A stretch of 57,564 nucleotides of DNA, from NCBI GenBank assembly GCA_964638135.1, contig CAZXAR010000002.1, forward strand, positions 1 through 57,564. Reading direction: 5' to 3'. The stretch is from an uncultured Enterobacteriaceae bacterium (GTDB lineage: Bacteria; Pseudomonadota; Gammaproteobacteria; Burkholderiales; SG8-39). Positions within the stretch are counted from its first letter, which is position 1, and each line of letters begins with the position of its first letter. The position numbers and the translations under genes were made by a program. The notes under the pieces are model-generated. The model was given only the letters and a program-made list of their open reading frames with translations. It was not told the DNA's origin and searched no databases. Of the stretch, positions 22,015 through 34,467 are shown one piece after another.

Positions 22015-22817
22015 TGCCGATCGCGAACGCCCGCATGTATTCGGCGACGCCGGCCGCGAAAAAGGCGTGGATGGAGGTGCTCGGCTGGACGCTCGCGCAG
22101 GCGGGCCTTGGCTGGGAGGTGGTGGCGCACGATGCGCCCGCGCCGCTTGCCGAGCTGTGGGCGCGCAGCGATCTCGGCTGTGCGCTCATGTGCGGTCTGC
22201 CCTACTCGCAGCGCGCGCCGCGTCCCACCTTGATCGCCGCGCCGCTGCCGTCTCCCGGGCGCTACGGCGGGCGACCCGTTTATTTCACGGACATCGTGGT
22301 TCGCGCCGATGCGCGCTACGCGACGCTCGAAGACACGTTCGGGGGCGTGGCCGGCTACACGCTGCCGGACTCGATGTCCGGGTGCGTGGCGTTTCGCGCC
22401 CATCTGCTCCGCTACCGGAACCGGCACGGGTCAAAGCTCTATCGCGCCGCGGCCGGCGGCTTTCTCAATGCAAGGCGCGTGATCGAGGCGCTCGACGCGG
22501 GCGAGATCGATGTCGGCCCGCTCGACAGCTATTACCACGACCTGCTGCGAAGGAACGACCCGGTGCTCGCGGCGAAGGTGCGGGTCATCGAAAGCACCGG
22601 CGCCGTGCCGATCCCTCCGTTCGTGGCGACCGCGTCCCTCGCGGCGAGCGAGCTCGAGCGGCTGCGCGCGGCGTTCCTTGCCGCCTCCGAGGCGAGCGCG
22701 CTCGCGGCGCAGCGCGATACGCTGCTGCTCGCCGGCTTCGCCGTGCCTCCGGAGTCGCACTACGACTCGATTCGCGAGATACTGGCAGCGTCACGGCAGT
22801 TTGCCGACGCCTGGTAA
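22014..22817 (+). CDS. PhnD/SsuA-like type-2 periplasmic-binding-fold protein without a signal peptide
   Basis: [25 protein letters not shown]... resembles the PhnD-like PBP family as I remember it. Its ATG overlaps the OCD stop (GTGATG), indicating translational coupling. Confidence 0.5.
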   Translation: MPIANARMYSATPAAKKAWMEVLGWTLAQAGLGWEVVAHDAPAPLAELWARSDLGCALMCGLPYSQRAPRPTLIAAPLPSPGRYGGRPVYFTDIVVRADARYATLEDTFGGVAGYTLPDSMSGCVAFRAHLLRYRNRHGSKLYRAAAGGFLNARRVIEALDAGEIDVGPLDSYYHDLLRRNDPVLAAKVRVIESTGAVPIPPFVATASLAASELERLRAAFLAASEASALAAQRDTLLLAGFAVPPESHYDSIREILAASRQFADAW

Positions 22818-22833
22818 CGCAAAGGAGGTCACC

Positions 22834-23793
22834 ATGAGGCGATTCCTGCTCACGATCCTGGCGGCACTCCTGCCGACCGTCGCAGCGGCTCAGGCGTATC
22901 CGGCAAAACCGGTGCGCATCATCAACCCCTTCACTGCGGGCGGGCCAATCGACTTGCTCGCGCGTGCCGTCGGCCAGAAGATGAACGAAGCGTGGGGGCA
23001 GCCGGTCGTGGTCGAAACGCGGGCGGGCGCCGCCGGAAACATCGGGATCGAGTACGTCGCGAAAGCGGAGGCGGACGGCTACACGCTTCTCGTCATGCCG
23101 ACGGGCAACGCAGTCGTCAATCCGCACATCTTCGCGGACCTGCGTTACGACACCTTCAAGGATTTTGCGCCGGTAACGCTGCTTGCGACGGTGGAGAACG
23201 TCCTGGTGGTGCACCCGAGCGTCAACGCGAACAGCGTGCAGGAGCTGATCGCGCTGGCGAAGTCCAGTCCCGGCAAGCTCTCGTTCTCCTCGCCGGGCAT
23301 CGGCAGCCAGGCGCACGTCGCCGGCGAGATGCTCAAGTCGATGGCCGGAGTGCAGATGCTGCACGTCCCCTACAAAGGGATGGCGCCCGCGATGAACGAT
23401 CTTCTCGGTGGCCAGGTAAGCTTCATGCTCCTGTCCATGTCGTCGGCACTCAAGAATGTGCAGGCGGGCAAGCTACGCGCGCTCGGCGTGGCGAGCCTGA
23501 GGCGCTCCTCCGCAGCCCCCGATCTGCCGACCATCGCCGAGCAGGGCCTGCCGGGCTTCGAGGCAGTGTCGTGGTACGCGCTGATGGCACCGGCGGGAAC
23601 ACCGGGAGCGATCGTGCAGCGAATCTACGAAGAAGCGGCTCGCGCCCTGAGCGCGCCCGAGGTGCGCGAGCGGCTGCTCGGGCTTGGCGCCAATCCCGTC
23701 GGCAACACGCCGACGGAGCTTGCCGCGATGCTCAGGCGGGAGTACGCAACCTGGGGAGAATTCATCCGCAAGCAGGGCATCAAGGCACAGTAG
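22834..23793 (+). CDS. Bug/TctC-family tripartite tricarboxylate transporter substrate-binding protein
   Basis: AAGGAGG RBS, signal peptide, YPAKPVRIINPFTAGGPIDLLAR, PYKG. This is the typical Bug signature. Confidence 0.85.
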   Translation: MRRFLLTILAALLPTVAAAQAYPAKPVRIINPFTAGGPIDLLARAVGQKMNEAWGQPVVVETRAGAAGNIGIEYVAKAEADGYTLLVMPTGNAVVNPHIFADLRYDTFKDFAPVTLLATVENVLVVHPSVNANSVQELIALAKSSPGKLSFSSPGIGSQAHVAGEMLKSMAGVQMLHVPYKGMAPAMNDLLGGQVSFMLLSMSSALKNVQAGKLRALGVASLRRSSAAPDLPTIAEQGLPGFEAVSWYALMAPAGTPGAIVQRIYEEAARALSAPEVRERLLGLGANPVGNTPTELAAMLRREYATWGEFIRKQGIKAQ

Positions 23794-23826
23794 CGGCGCC
23801 GGGCTTCGCGCTGCGGGAGCGCGCTG

Positions 23827-24945
23827 CTAGCCCCACACCTGGCGCGCGGTCTCGAGCATGACGTCGATCTTGCGCCACTGCTCGTCCTCGGTGAGCAGGT
23901 TCCCGGCGATTCCCGAGGCGAATCCGCACTGCGGACTCAGCGCGAGCTGCTCGAGCGGCGCGAAGCGCGCCGCATCGTCGATTCGCCGGCGCAGCTCCGG
24001 CACGCTCTCGACCGTTCCGACCTTGGTCGTGATGAGGCCCAGGACGATCGTCACGCCGCGCGGCACGAAGCGCAGCGGCTCGAAGCCGCCGGCGCGCTCG
24101 CTGTCGTACTCGAGCAGCAGCCGGTCGAAGGCAAGCCCGCCGAAGAGCGCCTCGGCGATCGCGTCGTAGCGGCCTTCGCGGTGCCACATGCTCGCCCGGT
24201 TGCCGCGGCAGACGTGCAGTCCGAAGGTCGCCCTTCCCTTGAGTCCCTCGATCACGGCATTGTCCGCCGCGATCGCGCGCCGCAGGTTGTGCATCGGATC
24301 CTCGCCGCGCGCGCGCATCCGCTCCAGGGTCGGGGGATCCACGTAGCCGGTATAGCTCGGCTCGTCGATCTGTACGTAGTCGCAGCCCGCCTCGACCAGC
24401 TGCGCGACCATCGTCTTCTGCACCTTCACGACGTCGGCGAGAAATTCATCGCGGCCGCGGTACACGGCGCGCGAGCCCTCGAGGTCGCACATCTGGGCGA
24501 CCCGGTCCGGCCCCATCAGCGTGATCTTGGTTTTCCCGGCGGCAACCTGTTTCAGGAACCGCAACTCCTCGAGCGGAAAGCTTTGCACCAGTTCGAGCCG
24601 CGCCGTCGCCGGCGTGCGGTACGAAAGCACGGCGTCCTCTCCCCGGGAGAGCGCCCGTTCGCCGGGGCTGCGGTTGTCGGGATGGCGCCGGAATCCGTCC
24701 CACGAGATCTTCCACAGGTCCCAGCCCCGCACCTCGGAGAAGCTCACCTGCCAGTTGAGCCGCCGGTACTCGCCGTCGGTGACCACCGGCAGGCCGTGGC
24801 GGTCCTGACTGCGCACCACCGCGCGGATGGCGTCGTCCTCGGCCGCGCGCAGCTGCTCGGCCGTGCACTTGCCGAGTGCATGATCCAGGAACGCCTGCTT
24901 GAGCTCTTCCGGCCGCAGCAGGCTTCCGACATGATCGACGCGCAT
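23827..24945 (-). CDS. Cobalamin-independent methionine synthase II (MetE C-terminal-like) family protein
   Basis: 372 aa. MRVDHVGSLLRPEELK, YVQIDEP, HVCRGN, SPQCGF (Zn/substrate motifs of the MetE_C-like family). Confidence 0.7.
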   Translation of the reverse strand: MRVDHVGSLLRPEELKQAFLDHALGKCTAEQLRAAEDDAIRAVVRSQDRHGLPVVTDGEYRRLNWQVSFSEVRGWDLWKISWDGFRRHPDNRSPGERALSRGEDAVLSYRTPATARLELVQSFPLEELRFLKQVAAGKTKITLMGPDRVAQMCDLEGSRAVYRGRDEFLADVVKVQKTMVAQLVEAGCDYVQIDEPSYTGYVDPPTLERMRARGEDPMHNLRRAIAADNAVIEGLKGRATFGLHVCRGNRASMWHREGRYDAIAEALFGGLAFDRLLLEYDSERAGGFEPLRFVPRGVTIVLGLITTKVGTVESVPELRRRIDDAARFAPLEQLALSPQCGFASGIAGNLLTEDEQWRKIDVMLETARQVWG

Positions 24946-24985
24946 GACGCTACAATCATGCCACCAAAACCCGAGGGGAATGGCG

Positions 24986-25924
24986 ATGAAAGCACTCGCT
25001 GCAGCGTTGACGGTGGCCGCCGTGTTTTTTGCCGGCTCGGCGGCGGCGCAGGAAAAGGTCGTTCTCGGCATGAGCGGCTGGACCGGGTTCCAGCCGATCA
25101 AGCTCGCCGAATACGCCGGCATCTTCAAGAAGAACGGCGTGGAGGTGGAGATCCGCTTCATTCCGCCGCAGCCGCGCTCGGCGGCGCTTGCCGCGGGAGC
25201 GCTCAACGCCGCGGCCACCACGGTCGATCAGCACATCGTGTGGACTTCGGCCGGCATCCCGACGGTGCAGGTCGCACTCATCGACAAGTCGAACGGCGGC
25301 GACGGCATCGCGGTGCGCAACAACATCCAGTCGATCCAGGAACTCAAGGGCAAGTCGGTGAACGTGGACGGCCCGGGAACGGTGCAGCACTTCATGCTTT
25401 CCTACATCCTGCAGAAGAACGGCCTCACCATCCAGGACGTCATCCGCGTCACGATGGGCGCCCAGCCCGCGGCGCAGGCGTTCGTCACGGGGCAGAACGA
25501 CGCCGCGGTCACCTACGAGCCGTATCTTTCGACCGTGCGCGCCAATCCCGCGGCCGGCAAGATCCTGGTGACATCCAAGGACTATCCGGTGGTCATCGAC
25601 GTGATCGTGTTCCGCAAGGACTTCCTCGCCAAGAACCCCAAGGCGGTCAAGGCGACGGTCGACAGCTTTTTCGAGGCGCTCGACATGCTCAGGCGCGAGC
25701 CGGCGAAAGCCTACGAGATGATGGGCAGCACGGTGAAGCAGAGCGGCGAGGCCTTCGCCAAGTCCGCCTCGTTCATCACCTGGACCGATCGCGCGGCCAA
25801 CAAGGCGTACTACGCGAAAGAGCACGCGCCGTTCGTCGACTTCGCGGTGGGCGTGCTCAAGTTCAATCGCGTGATCAGCGTCGAGCCCAAGGCGAAGGAC
25901 CTGATCGACCTGCGTTTCCTGTGA
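24986..25924 (+). CDS. ABC transporter substrate-binding protein (NitT/TauT family)
   Basis: Signal peptide MKALAAALTVAAVFFAGSAAAQE and an SsuA/NMT1-like body, followed by the matching permease and ATPase. ATG 24986 is spaced 7 nt from GAGGGG. Confidence 0.7.
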   Translation: MKALAAALTVAAVFFAGSAAAQEKVVLGMSGWTGFQPIKLAEYAGIFKKNGVEVEIRFIPPQPRSAALAAGALNAAATTVDQHIVWTSAGIPTVQVALIDKSNGGDGIAVRNNIQSIQELKGKSVNVDGPGTVQHFMLSYILQKNGLTIQDVIRVTMGAQPAAQAFVTGQNDAAVTYEPYLSTVRANPAAGKILVTSKDYPVVIDVIVFRKDFLAKNPKAVKATVDSFFEALDMLRREPAKAYEMMGSTVKQSGEAFAKSASFITWTDRAANKAYYAKEHAPFVDFAVGVLKFNRVISVEPKAKDLIDLRFL

Positions 25925-25944
25925 TGCGCCCGATCGGCCGCTGA

Positions 25945-25971
25945 CGCCCGCCTGCGCGGGCGTTGTTTTTT
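25945..25971 (+). terminator. Rho-independent terminator/attenuator after the substrate-binding-protein gene
   Basis: CGCCCGC-ctgc-GCGGGCG stem-loop followed by TTGTTTTTT. It ends at the permease ATG (25972). Confidence 0.6.
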
Positions 25972-26742
25972 ATGGAACCGCTCAAGCCCGTATCGCACCG
26001 TGCCCGCATCGCTCTCGGCGCGGGATTCTTCGTCCTGCTCCTCGCGCTGTGGGCGGCGCTCACCTTCGGCGGCGTGATTCCGCCGTTGTTCCTGAAGGAT
26101 CCGGTCTACACGCTGGTCACCGGGTATAACCTGTTCGCCGAGTTCGGTTTCGCCCGCGACGTCGGGATTACCGTCTGGCGCGTGGTGGGCGGGTTCGTCA
26201 TCGCCGCCATCGTCGGCGTTCCGCTCGGTATCGCGATGGGCGCCTACAAGCCGATCGAGGCGTTCTTCGAGCCCTTCGTCTCGTTCGCGCGGTACCTGCC
26301 CGCCTCGGCCTTCATTCCGCTGCTCATCCTGTGGGCCGGCGTCGGCGAGACCCAGAAGCTTTCCGTGATCTTCATCGGCTCGGTCTTCCAGATCGTCCTG
26401 ATGGTCGCGGTGATCGTCGGCTCGACGCGGCGCGACCTGATCGAGGCCGCCTACACGCTGGGCGCCGATTCGACCGCGATCGTCAAGCGCGTGATGCTTC
26501 CGGGCGCCGCGCCGCAGATCGCCGAGACCCTGCGCCTGGTGCTCGGCTGGGCCTGGACCTACGTGATCGTCGCCGAACTGGTCGGCGCCGACAGCGGCAT
26601 CGGCCACATGATCATGGACAGCCAGCGCCTGCTCGACACCGGACAGATGATCTTCGGCATTTTCTGCATCGGCGTGATCGGCCTGGTTTCCGATCTGCTG
26701 TTCAAGTGGATGAACCAGCGCGTGTACGCATGGGCTTTCTGA
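25972..26742 (+). CDS. ABC transporter permease (NitT/TauT family)
   Basis: Six hydrophobic segments and an EAA-like loop (RRDLIEAAYTLGADSTAIVKRVMLPGAAP). Confidence 0.8.
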   Translation: MEPLKPVSHRARIALGAGFFVLLLALWAALTFGGVIPPLFLKDPVYTLVTGYNLFAEFGFARDVGITVWRVVGGFVIAAIVGVPLGIAMGAYKPIEAFFEPFVSFARYLPASAFIPLLILWAGVGETQKLSVIFIGSVFQIVLMVAVIVGSTRRDLIEAAYTLGADSTAIVKRVMLPGAAPQIAETLRLVLGWAWTYVIVAELVGADSGIGHMIMDSQRLLDTGQMIFGIFCIGVIGLVSDLLFKWMNQRVYAWAF

Positions 26743-27497
26743 GGATCGAGGCGCTGACGCGGACCTTTCCGGGCGTACGCAACGGGAACCCGACACGCGC
26801 GCTCGAGCGCACCGACCTCGCGGTCGAGGACAACGATTTCATCACCCTGCTGGGGCCTTCGGGCTGCGGCAAGTCGACGCTGCTGCGGATCGTCGCGGGA
26901 CTCGATTCGCCCACCACCGGGCGCGTGCTCCTCGACAGCCAGGCGGTGACGCGGCCCGGTCCCGACCGCGGCATGGTGTTCCAGTCCTACACGCTGTTTC
27001 CCTGGCTCACGGTGCGGGAGAACATCTGCTTCGGTTCGCGCGCGACGCCGGAAATCGCCGACGCGTACGTCCAGAAAGTGGACCTGCGCGGCTTCGAGAA
27101 CCATTACCCGAAGATGCTTTCGGGCGGCATGCAGCAGAGAACCGCGCTCGCGCGGGCGCTCGCCAACGATCCCAAGATCCTGCTGCTCGACGAGCCGTTC
27201 GGTGCACTCGACAACCAGACCCGGGCGCTCATGCAGGAGCTGCTTCTGGGGATCTGGGAAGCCGACCGCAAGACGGTGCTCTTCGTCACGCACGACATCG
27301 ACGAGGCGATCTTCATGTCCAACCGGGTGGCGGTGATGTCGGCGCGGCCCGGGCACATCAAGGCCGAGCTGAAGATCGATTTGCCGCACCCGCGCCACTA
27401 CCGGATGAAGACGAGTCCGGAGTTCTCGCGCTACAAGGCGGAGCTCACGGAACACATCCGTGCCGAGTCGATCAAGGCGGCACAGATGGAGCATTAG
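26730..27497 (+). CDS. ABC transporter ATP-binding protein (NitT/TauT family)
   Basis: Walker A GPSGCGKST, signature LSGGMQQR, Walker B ILLLDEPF, H-loop VTHD. It overlaps the permease 3' end by 13 nt. Confidence 0.85.
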   Translation: MGFLRIEALTRTFPGVRNGNPTRALERTDLAVEDNDFITLLGPSGCGKSTLLRIVAGLDSPTTGRVLLDSQAVTRPGPDRGMVFQSYTLFPWLTVRENICFGSRATPEIADAYVQKVDLRGFENHYPKMLSGGMQQRTALARALANDPKILLLDEPFGALDNQTRALMQELLLGIWEADRKTVLFVTHDIDEAIFMSNRVAVMSARPGHIKAELKIDLPHPRHYRMKTSPEFSRYKAELTEHIRAESIKAAQMEH

Positions 27498-27531
27498 AGC
27501 TAGGCGGGCGCACCTCGAGCCGACCCGCCGC

Positions 27532-28218
27532 TCAGATCGCGGCGCCCTTGCGCGCGAGGGCGGCCCCCGTGATGCCTCGCGCGATGAAGACCAGGAACGC
27601 GTGCGCGAGCTTGCCAAACGGCAGCCAGACGAACAGCAGTTCTGCGCTGAGCAGGTGGATCGCCAGCGGCAGCGGGTAGGCGGGCGCACCGGGAAGCGCA
27701 GCCGCGACGGGCGGCTGGTAGATCGCCGCCATGCCGGTGACGATCGGCAGCACCACGACGAACCAGCTGAAATAATCGTCGAATCCGCTCAGCAGCCGCC
27801 GCACCGGGTCGTTGAAGCGCTGGGCGAGCGCGATCACGAGCGTGACGAGCGTGGGCCCCACCGCGATATACATGACTGCCGCCGGCAGCGCCGGCCACGC
27901 CAGGCCGGTCAGGCGTTCGATGAACTGGATGTGCGGCAGGTAGGCGAACGCGATCAGCGCAAGCCCGATGTGATAGACGTAGGCGTTGAACGCGCTCAGC
28001 TGCTCGCGGCGCCGGAATTCCTCCCGCGGAATCATTTTTCCGAAGATGCCGCGCATCGCCCCCGCGAAGAGCCGCGTGCTGCGCGGCTCCGAGAGATCGG
28101 TCCGGCCTCCCAGCCGCGAGATCGCGGCGATGCGCCACGCGCTGCCCGCAATCATCACGAACAGCGAGAACGCGAGTGCCGGTCCGCGCGCAAACTCGAG
28201 CAGGTCCGTCGCACTCAT
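27532..28218 (-). CDS. NarI/DsrM/HdrE-like integral membrane protein (probable b-type cytochrome subunit)
   Basis: 228 aa with five hydrophobic helices and conserved His residues in helices. Its start overlaps the stop of the CCG-domain Fe-S protein. Confidence 0.5.
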   Translation of the reverse strand: MSATDLLEFARGPALAFSLFVMIAGSAWRIAAISRLGGRTDLSEPRSTRLFAGAMRGIFGKMIPREEFRRREQLSAFNAYVYHIGLALIAFAYLPHIQFIERLTGLAWPALPAAVMYIAVGPTLVTLVIALAQRFNDPVRRLLSGFDDYFSWFVVVLPIVTGMAAIYQPPVAAALPGAPAYPLPLAIHLLSAELLFVWLPFGKLAHAFLVFIARGITGAALARKGAAI

Positions 28219-29543
28219 TGCCGGCTCGCCGCAGCCGGCGCGGGCTCAAGATATTGCGCGACAAGCTCGGTCAGGCCGAGCACCGGCATCGTCATCCCGT
28301 ATTGCTCGATCGCCTCCTCGAGCACGTTGCGGCAATTGGCGCACGCCGTCACCAGCGCTTCCGCGCCCGCCGCTTCCACCTGGCGCTTCTTGCATTCGAA
28401 CGCGGCGAAACGGAGCTTTTCGGCACGGTGGATCGCGCTCACGCCGCCGCCGCCTCCGCAGCAGAAACTGGCCGCGCCGTGCGCCGGCATCTCGACGAAA
28501 TTCCGGCTGACTCCGGCCATAAGCCGGTGCGGCACTTCGCCCAGCCCGCCGCGCCGCACGAGCTGGCAGGGATCGTGAAAGGTCAGCCGCCGCGCATCCT
28601 TGCCGCGCGTGCGCAGCCGGCCCTCGCGCGCGAGCTGGTCGAGCAGCTCGACGATCTGCACCACCTTGAAGGGAAAAGGACGGCCGAGAAGATTCGGCCC
28701 TTCCCAGCGCAGAGCCGAATAGGCATGGCCGCATTCGGGACTGATCACGTACTTGACCTTCAGCCGCTCGGCCGCCTCGACGACGCGCGCGAGGAGCGCG
28801 GCGGCCACGTCGCGCGAGCCGATCTGCACGCCGATGTTGGTCGCTTCGAAGCCGGCGCTTGGAATCGTCCAGCGCACCCCTGCCTGCCGAAAGATGCGCG
28901 CCAGCGCGCCGATGACTTCGGGAAATCCGAGAACCTCCATCGACGACAGGATCACCAGGTAGTCGGCGCCCTCGACGTCGACCGGGATTTCGAGGCCCGT
29001 CTCCTTCTCCTGGATCTCGATCTGCCGCCGGAGCGCCGCCCAGCGCACGTTCAAGGGGCTGCCGCTTTCGAGCGCGCGCTCCGCCGCCTGGTACAGGTCC
29101 TCCGGCGCATAGCCGGCCGCTGCCATCGCCTCGCGCGCGCGGCGCACGAGCCCTGCGATGTCGATTCCCATCGGGCACACGAGCGTGCAGCGGCCGCACA
29201 GGTTGCATGAGTCATACAGCAGCTCGCTCCATTGCTCGAGCTCCGCCGCGTCGAGCTGATCTGGAGCGAGTCCGAGCATCCGCGTCAGGGAGGAAAAAGG
29301 CGCCCGCTCGCGCCTGTATGCCTTGAGCATCGGCTGCAGCTTGTAGACCGGGGTGTAGCGCGGATCGCGCGTGACGAGGTAGAAGTGGCAGGCCTCGGCG
29401 CACTGGCCGCAATGCACGCACGCTTCGAGCTGGAAGGCGGCCCCGCGATCGGCCTGCGCAACGAACTCCGCCGACGCCTTCTGCGGATCCGGCGTCCGTC
29501 GCGACTGGAGAAGCGCTCGCGCGCGTTCGACGAAGGAATTCAT
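28215..29543 (-). CDS. HdrD/DsrK-like (Fe-S)-binding oxidoreductase with CCG domains
   Basis: Two ferredoxin motifs (CVHCGQCAEACH, CNLCGRCTLVCP) and CCG-domain motifs (SPECGHAY; FHDPCQL...SFCCGGGGG). The start was re-picked at 29543. Confidence 0.75.
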   Translation of the reverse strand: MNSFVERARALLQSRRTPDPQKASAEFVAQADRGAAFQLEACVHCGQCAEACHFYLVTRDPRYTPVYKLQPMLKAYRRERAPFSSLTRMLGLAPDQLDAAELEQWSELLYDSCNLCGRCTLVCPMGIDIAGLVRRAREAMAAAGYAPEDLYQAAERALESGSPLNVRWAALRRQIEIQEKETGLEIPVDVEGADYLVILSSMEVLGFPEVIGALARIFRQAGVRWTIPSAGFEATNIGVQIGSRDVAAALLARVVEAAERLKVKYVISPECGHAYSALRWEGPNLLGRPFPFKVVQIVELLDQLAREGRLRTRGKDARRLTFHDPCQLVRRGGLGEVPHRLMAGVSRNFVEMPAHGAASFCCGGGGGVSAIHRAEKLRFAAFECKKRQVEAAGAEALVTACANCRNVLEEAIEQYGMTMPVLGLTELVAQYLEPAPAAASRQ

Positions 29544-29689
29544 GAATGCGACCCTGGCTCTCGCAGCCCACCTCACTTCCTGAACGGATTCTGGCAGGCG
29601 GCGGAAATGCGGTCTTGATATGCGTCAAGCGGTCGCGCACGCATGCGCGTGCGGAAACCGCGGGGCACGCGATCGTCGGCAATGCCGGA

Positions 29690-29884
29690 TCAACGCTTCC
29701 CGTCGCTCTCCCGAGAAGCGAAACTCTGCATGGCGCGGCGCAGGAACTGCAGCCGCTCACGAACGCTGCGGCAGCCGCGGCAGATCGCGAAATGCGCGCG
29801 CAGGCGCGCCTGCTCTGCCGGCGGGAGTTCCCGGTCGAGACCCTCCGAGACGAGCTGCGTCACGTCCCTGCACGAAAGAGTCAT
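29690..29884 (-). CDS. Small soluble zf-HC2 (ZAS) anti-sigma factor, 64 aa
   Basis: HxxxCxxC motif (HFAICRGC) plus an N-terminal Cys (MTLSC). There is no hydrophobic segment. The ATG overlaps the sigma-factor stop (ATGA). Confidence 0.65.
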   Translation of the reverse strand: MTLSCRDVTQLVSEGLDRELPPAEQARLRAHFAICRGCRSVRERLQFLRRAMQSFASRESDGKR

Positions 29885-30441
29885 CTTGCAAACCAGTTGC
29901 GGTCGAGGCAGAGCTGCAGCGCCATGCGCGCGCGGTGCAGCAGCACCCCGCAATGCGTCGGCGTGACGCCCAGCTCGTTACAGATTTCCGCCGTCTCGGC
30001 CCCCAGATGTTCGCGCAGCATGAAGACCCGCGCCGCCTTGGCAGGAAGCCGCGCCAGGCATCTCTCGAGCACCGCGAAAAACTGTTTCTGCGAAAGCGAA
30101 CGGTCCGGGGTTTCCCAGGCGGCCGGGTGCTCCACCCAGTGACCATCCTGCCGGAAAAGGGCCTCGACGTCCGCGGCTTCGCCCTCCGCCTCCGCATCGA
30201 GCGTCGTTTCGCGGCTCGCGCGCCGGATCGCATCGAGGATCTTGTGTTTGAGAATTCCCGTCAGCCAGGTGCGCAGGCTCGAGCGTCCCGCGAAGCGCGC
30301 CTCCCCGGCAAGCGCCGCGAGCAGCGTGTCCTGAACGACGTCTTCGACCAGATCGGCGCCGCGCAGGTGCAAGGAGGCAAATCGGAGCAGATACGCGCGC
30401 TCGTTCTCCACCCGGGACCGGAATTCGCTCTGGACATGCAT
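29881..30441 (-). CDS. ECF-type RNA polymerase sigma factor
   Basis: 186 aa. Region 2 (LLRFASLHLRGADLVEDVVQDTLLAAL ... RTWLTGILKHKILD) and region 4 HTH (ETAEICNELGVTPTHCGVLLHRAR). Confidence 0.85.
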   Translation of the reverse strand: MHVQSEFRSRVENERAYLLRFASLHLRGADLVEDVVQDTLLAALAGEARFAGRSSLRTWLTGILKHKILDAIRRASRETTLDAEAEGEAADVEALFRQDGHWVEHPAAWETPDRSLSQKQFFAVLERCLARLPAKAARVFMLREHLGAETAEICNELGVTPTHCGVLLHRARMALQLCLDRNWFAR

Positions 30442-30453
30442 GAGGCAGGGCTG

Positions 30454-30482
30454 ATTCTAGCGTCACGCCGCGCTTCGATTCC
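30454..30482 (-). promoter_or_regulatory. Candidate (auto-regulated?) promoter of the ECF sigma operon
   Basis: The minus strand reads GGAATC-N17-TAGAAT, ending 12 nt before ATG 30441. This is an ECF-like -35 (GGAAY) with an A+T-rich -10. Sequence pattern only. Confidence 0.25.
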
Positions 30483-30611
30483 AGGTCGACCTGCATAGTC
30501 GCGCCAGGCGGCCTTTTCTTACAGCCCGGAACCCGTCGTAATAAAGCGGGCGCCGACCGTACGAATCGCGCAGGCCGGGCCCCCGCGTCCGGTGAAGACG
30601 AGGAGAACTCC

Positions 30612-34457
<3,846 letters not shown>

Positions 34458-34467
34458 AGGAGATCCC

